Positions 61,252 through 64,000 of a stretch of DNA of 64,000 nt are shown here, piece by piece. Every line of letters starts with the position of its first letter. Position 1 is the stretch's first letter. Position numbers and translations under genes: made by a program. Origin of the DNA: Nitrospirota bacterium (lineage in GTDB: Bacteria; Nitrospirota; UBA9217). The notes under the pieces are model-generated. The model was given only the letters and a program-made list of their open reading frames with translations, did no database searches and was not told the DNA's origin. The stretch is taken from positions 1 to 64,000 of the forward strand of contig CAVVOB010000038.1 in NCBI GenBank assembly GCA_963749655.1, given 5' to 3'.

Positions 61252-62559
61252 TTACGCCGTTGTCGTCTTTATGGTGAGCCGCCGCATCTCCTTCCTCTTT
61301 TCCTCCTTCCGGTCGTGCATGAAGAAAATGATCACCGTTCCGGCCGCGAGCAACAGTCCGGCCGCGGCAAAGGAAGCTGCGAACGATCCGCTTGCTGCTG
61401 AAAGCGATTCCGAGACCCTGCTCATCACCAGTCCGCCGAAGCCCCATGCCGTGAACAGCACTCCGTAGTTCACCCCGAAATGCTTCATGCCCCAGAGGTC
61501 CTTGGTGTATGACGGGAACAATGCCAGGTTCGCGCCGTAGTTGAACCCGATCAGCGTGGCGAGCAGAACGATAAGGACCGGGCTTGCAGACGAAGCTCCG
61601 GTCACGGCGATGGACGCGAACATGAGCACTGCCTGGAACGCGAAGAGCACCAGGAGCGTGTTCTTCCTGCCGATCCTGTCCGAGGCCATGCCCGCTGCGA
61701 TGCGGCCCGCGGCATTGCCGATCGCCAGGATGGCCACAGCGACAAAGGCGTTCTGGCCCATGCTGGCCTTGGCCATGCCCGCCATGCTTCCGATGACCAT
61801 GAGCCCGGCGCCGGCGCCGATGAAATAGAGCGTCCAGAGCACCCAGAAGAACGGCGTCCTGATCAGGTCCCGGGGGACGGCTTCCTGGTCCTGAACCTGC
61901 TTCCGTGCGTTCGGCGGCTCCGGGGCCCTTCTGCTGGTGAACGCCGGCTGCGGCACATAGCCTTCCGGAGGATTCTTCAGGAACAGGGACAGAAGACTGA
62001 CGACGAGGAAGAAGGCGATCCCGAAGAACAGCATGGCCCCCTCGATCCCCCGCGTTCTGAGAAGATACTGGGCAAGCGGCGCGATGTAGACCGAGGCGAG
62101 GCCGAATCCCGCAACCACGATCCCGCTGATCCTGCCGGTCCGGGCGGGGTGAAACCACTTGAGCGCGGCAGGCGTTGCGGCCGCATACCCGAAGGCGATC
62201 CCTGTTCCGGCAAGGACGCCGAACCCGAGCACCCAGCTCAGATAGGCCGTGGTCTGCGAGATCCAGACGAAGCCGGCGCCGACCAGCACGCCTCCGGCAA
62301 TGGCGGTGATGCGCGGCCCGAACCGGTCCTGGATCTTTCCCGCCGCGATCATCATGCAGGCGAACACGATGCAGCAGAGGGCATAGGGGTCATTGAGCGT
62401 GGCGGGGTCCCAGTTGAACGCGCCGGGGCCGCCGGTCTGGATCGATTGCTTGATGGCGCCTTTGAAGATGCTCCAGGTGTAGAGCACACCGAGCGCCAGA
62501 TTGATGCCGGTGCCTGCTGAGGTGACGATGATTCCCTGGTAGTTCCCGCGCGCGGTCAT
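61252..62559 (-). CDS. MFS transporter, oxalate/formate antiporter (OFA) family
   Basis: LGVLYTWSIF, G..QDRFGPR, KWF, SDRIGR, NYGVLFTAWG. Confidence 0.9.
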   Translation of the reverse strand: MTARGNYQGIIVTSAGTGINLALGVLYTWSIFKGAIKQSIQTGGPGAFNWDPATLNDPYALCCIVFACMMIAAGKIQDRFGPRITAIAGGVLVGAGFVWISQTTAYLSWVLGFGVLAGTGIAFGYAAATPAALKWFHPARTGRISGIVVAGFGLASVYIAPLAQYLLRTRGIEGAMLFFGIAFFLVVSLLSLFLKNPPEGYVPQPAFTSRRAPEPPNARKQVQDQEAVPRDLIRTPFFWVLWTLYFIGAGAGLMVIGSMAGMAKASMGQNAFVAVAILAIGNAAGRIAAGMASDRIGRKNTLLVLFAFQAVLMFASIAVTGASSASPVLIVLLATLIGFNYGANLALFPSYTKDLWGMKHFGVNYGVLFTAWGFGGLVMSRVSESLSAASGSFAASFAAAGLLLAAGTVIIFFMHDRKEEKRKEMRRLTIKTTTA

Positions 62560-62798
62560 AGGGCCTCCCTTCGTGCTGTTCATTCTGCAAGAGCTGTCTT
62601 GCCCTAGAGAAAATGTAGCACAAAAAGGGAAAATACGACTTCAGCTGCGCGGTCCTGCAATGTTGTGCATTGAGATGAGTGTTTTCGCATCTGTCATGAG
62701 CCGAAAGGATTCTGTTTTTTCGGGCCGGCGCCGGGTAAAACGGCTGTTCGCATTATTTGCAAAGCAGGATGATTTCAGGTAAGGTATGTGCATCCGCA

Positions 62799-62877
62799 AG
62801 GAGCAGGGAGTGAGGAGTAAGGTGTCAAGACAGAGAGCAACGATCGTTCCCCTTACTCCTCACGTTTCACTCCTCAC
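62799..62877. repeat. Inverted heptamer array (GTRAGGA)n
   Basis: GGAGCAG GGAGTGA GGAGTAA GG ... CCTTACT CCTCACG TTTCACT CCTCAC. Confidence 0.8.
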
Positions 62878-62889
62878 CGGCTTCAAGAC

Positions 62890-64000
62890 ATGAAACCGCG
62901 CATCCTCCTCATAAGTCCCTGGATCCACGACTTCGCTGCCTTCAATCTCTGGGCGCGGCCGCTCGGCCTGCTGAAGGTCGCGGAGTACCTGAGCGCCTTC
63001 GAGGTCGATCTTCACTTTATCGACTGCACCGATTCGTTCAGGCCCAATCCGCACGGCATCGGAAAATATCACAGCGAGAGGATCGCGAAACCCGGCCTGC
63101 TCCGGTCGATACCGCGTTATTACAAACGCTACGGCATGTCCGTTCAGGAGTTTCGGTCCCGCCTTCTGTCGCTCATGCCTTTTGATATCGTGCTCATGAC
63201 CTCGCTGATGACCCATTGGTATCCCGGGGTGCAGGAGGCAACAGGGCTCGTGCGCGAGGTCGCACCCGGCGTTCCCGTCATCCTCGGCGGCATCTATCCG
63301 ACACTCCACCCCGAACACGCACAGAAGAACAGCGGTGCGGACCGGATGTATGCGGGGCCGGTGAACAACAATCTCGACCTGCTCATGCACGATCTTGGGC
63401 TTCCGCTCCGACGAAGACAAAACCCGGCGCCCTACTATACCCTGGGCCTTTCATCGCATCGTGCATCAGCGCCCATCCTCACCTCAACAGGATGTCCCTT
63501 TCGCTGCTCCTACTGTGCGTCGAGAATATTGTTCCCCCATTATGAACGCCGGACGGCCCCGGATATTTTGGAGGAGATGGAACGGCATTTCTCTTCCGGG
63601 GTCCGTGACTTCGCATTCTACGATGATGCGCTGCTGTACGATTCCGATAATCACATCAAACCCCTTCTCGAGGCCGTTATCCGCTCCGGCCTCGCCATCA
63701 GGCTCCATGCGCCGAACGGCCTTCATGCGCGGTACGTTGATTCCGATCTGGCAAGGCTGATGAAAAAGTCCGGTTTTGCCACCGTGCGGCTGAGCCTCGA
63801 GACCACCGATCCCGCGCGACAGAAAGAAACGGGTGGAAAAGTTGCGACCCCTGATTTTGAGCGGGCGCTTGCGCATTTGCAGCGCGAGGGGTTCACCAAG
63901 AAGCAGATCGGCGTTTATCTGTTATATGGACTGCCGGGCCAGGCACTGGAGGAAGTGGAGAAGAGCGTGGAATTTCTGAAAAGGGTCGATGTGCGCATCC
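62890..64000 (+). CDS. B12-binding radical SAM protein; runs off the window
   Basis: Not in the ORF track. MKPRILLISPWIHDFAAFNLWARPLGLL..., ILGGIYPT, TSTGCPFRCSYCAS (CxxxCxxC), FYDDALL, PNGLH. Confidence 0.9.
   Translation, partial: MKPRILLISPWIHDFAAFNLWARPLGLLKVAEYLSAFEVDLHFIDCTDSFRPNPHGIGKYHSERIAKPGLLRSIPRYYKRYGMSVQEFRSRLLSLMPFDIVLMTSLMTHWYPGVQEATGLVREVAPGVPVILGGIYPTLHPEHAQKNSGADRMYAGPVNNNLDLLMHDLGLPLRRRQNPAPYYTLGLSSHRASAPILTSTGCPFRCSYCASRILFPHYERRTAPDILEEMERHFSSGVRDFAFYDDALLYDSDNHIKPLLEAVIRSGLAIRLHAPNGLHARYVDSDLARLMKKSGFATVRLSLETTDPARQKETGGKVATPDFERALAHLQREGFTKKQIGVYLLYGLPGQALEEVEKSVEFLKRVDVRI

Overview
GC-rich bacterial chromosomal window. Gene content and repeat families suggest an anaerobic Nitrospirota/Desulfobacterota-like genome (inference). 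Roughly 20 apparent single-base frameshifts in otherwise intact genes point to long-read assembly indels. Left to right: a truncated multi-PAS membrane sensor; an SOS operon (small gene, four-helix-bundle gene, dinB, lexA) with a GAAC-N4-GTTC operator inside a leaderless promoter; a defence island (BrnTA, MntA-HepT, an mrr stub, an orphan antitoxin, a PaeR7I/XhoI-like RM system); a lipid A acyltransferase; a probably sigma54-driven rhodanese/TolC/RND operon; a recN-vorB-cysK-iscS-ntrX-ABC region; a PilZ gene followed by a c-di-GMP-I (GEMM) riboswitch; glgB; a 15.5-kb signalling locus; lysE, an OFA-type MFS transporter and a radical SAM gene. Three things stand out. (1) The signalling locus has three sensors with no output domain, all ending in the same FV[GN]RELRMxELK coiled coil, two of them paired with PhnD-like binding proteins, upstream of one kinase with a distinct ALTNIVEDL coil: a candidate split, plug-in histidine-kinase system. 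(2) Many gene junctions carry inverted arrays of 7-mer or 9-mer tandem repeats; one encloses a four-helix-bundle (IVS/Avd-like) gene and several are translated into protein termini. (3) A two-copy element of about 180 nt shows covarying stems.
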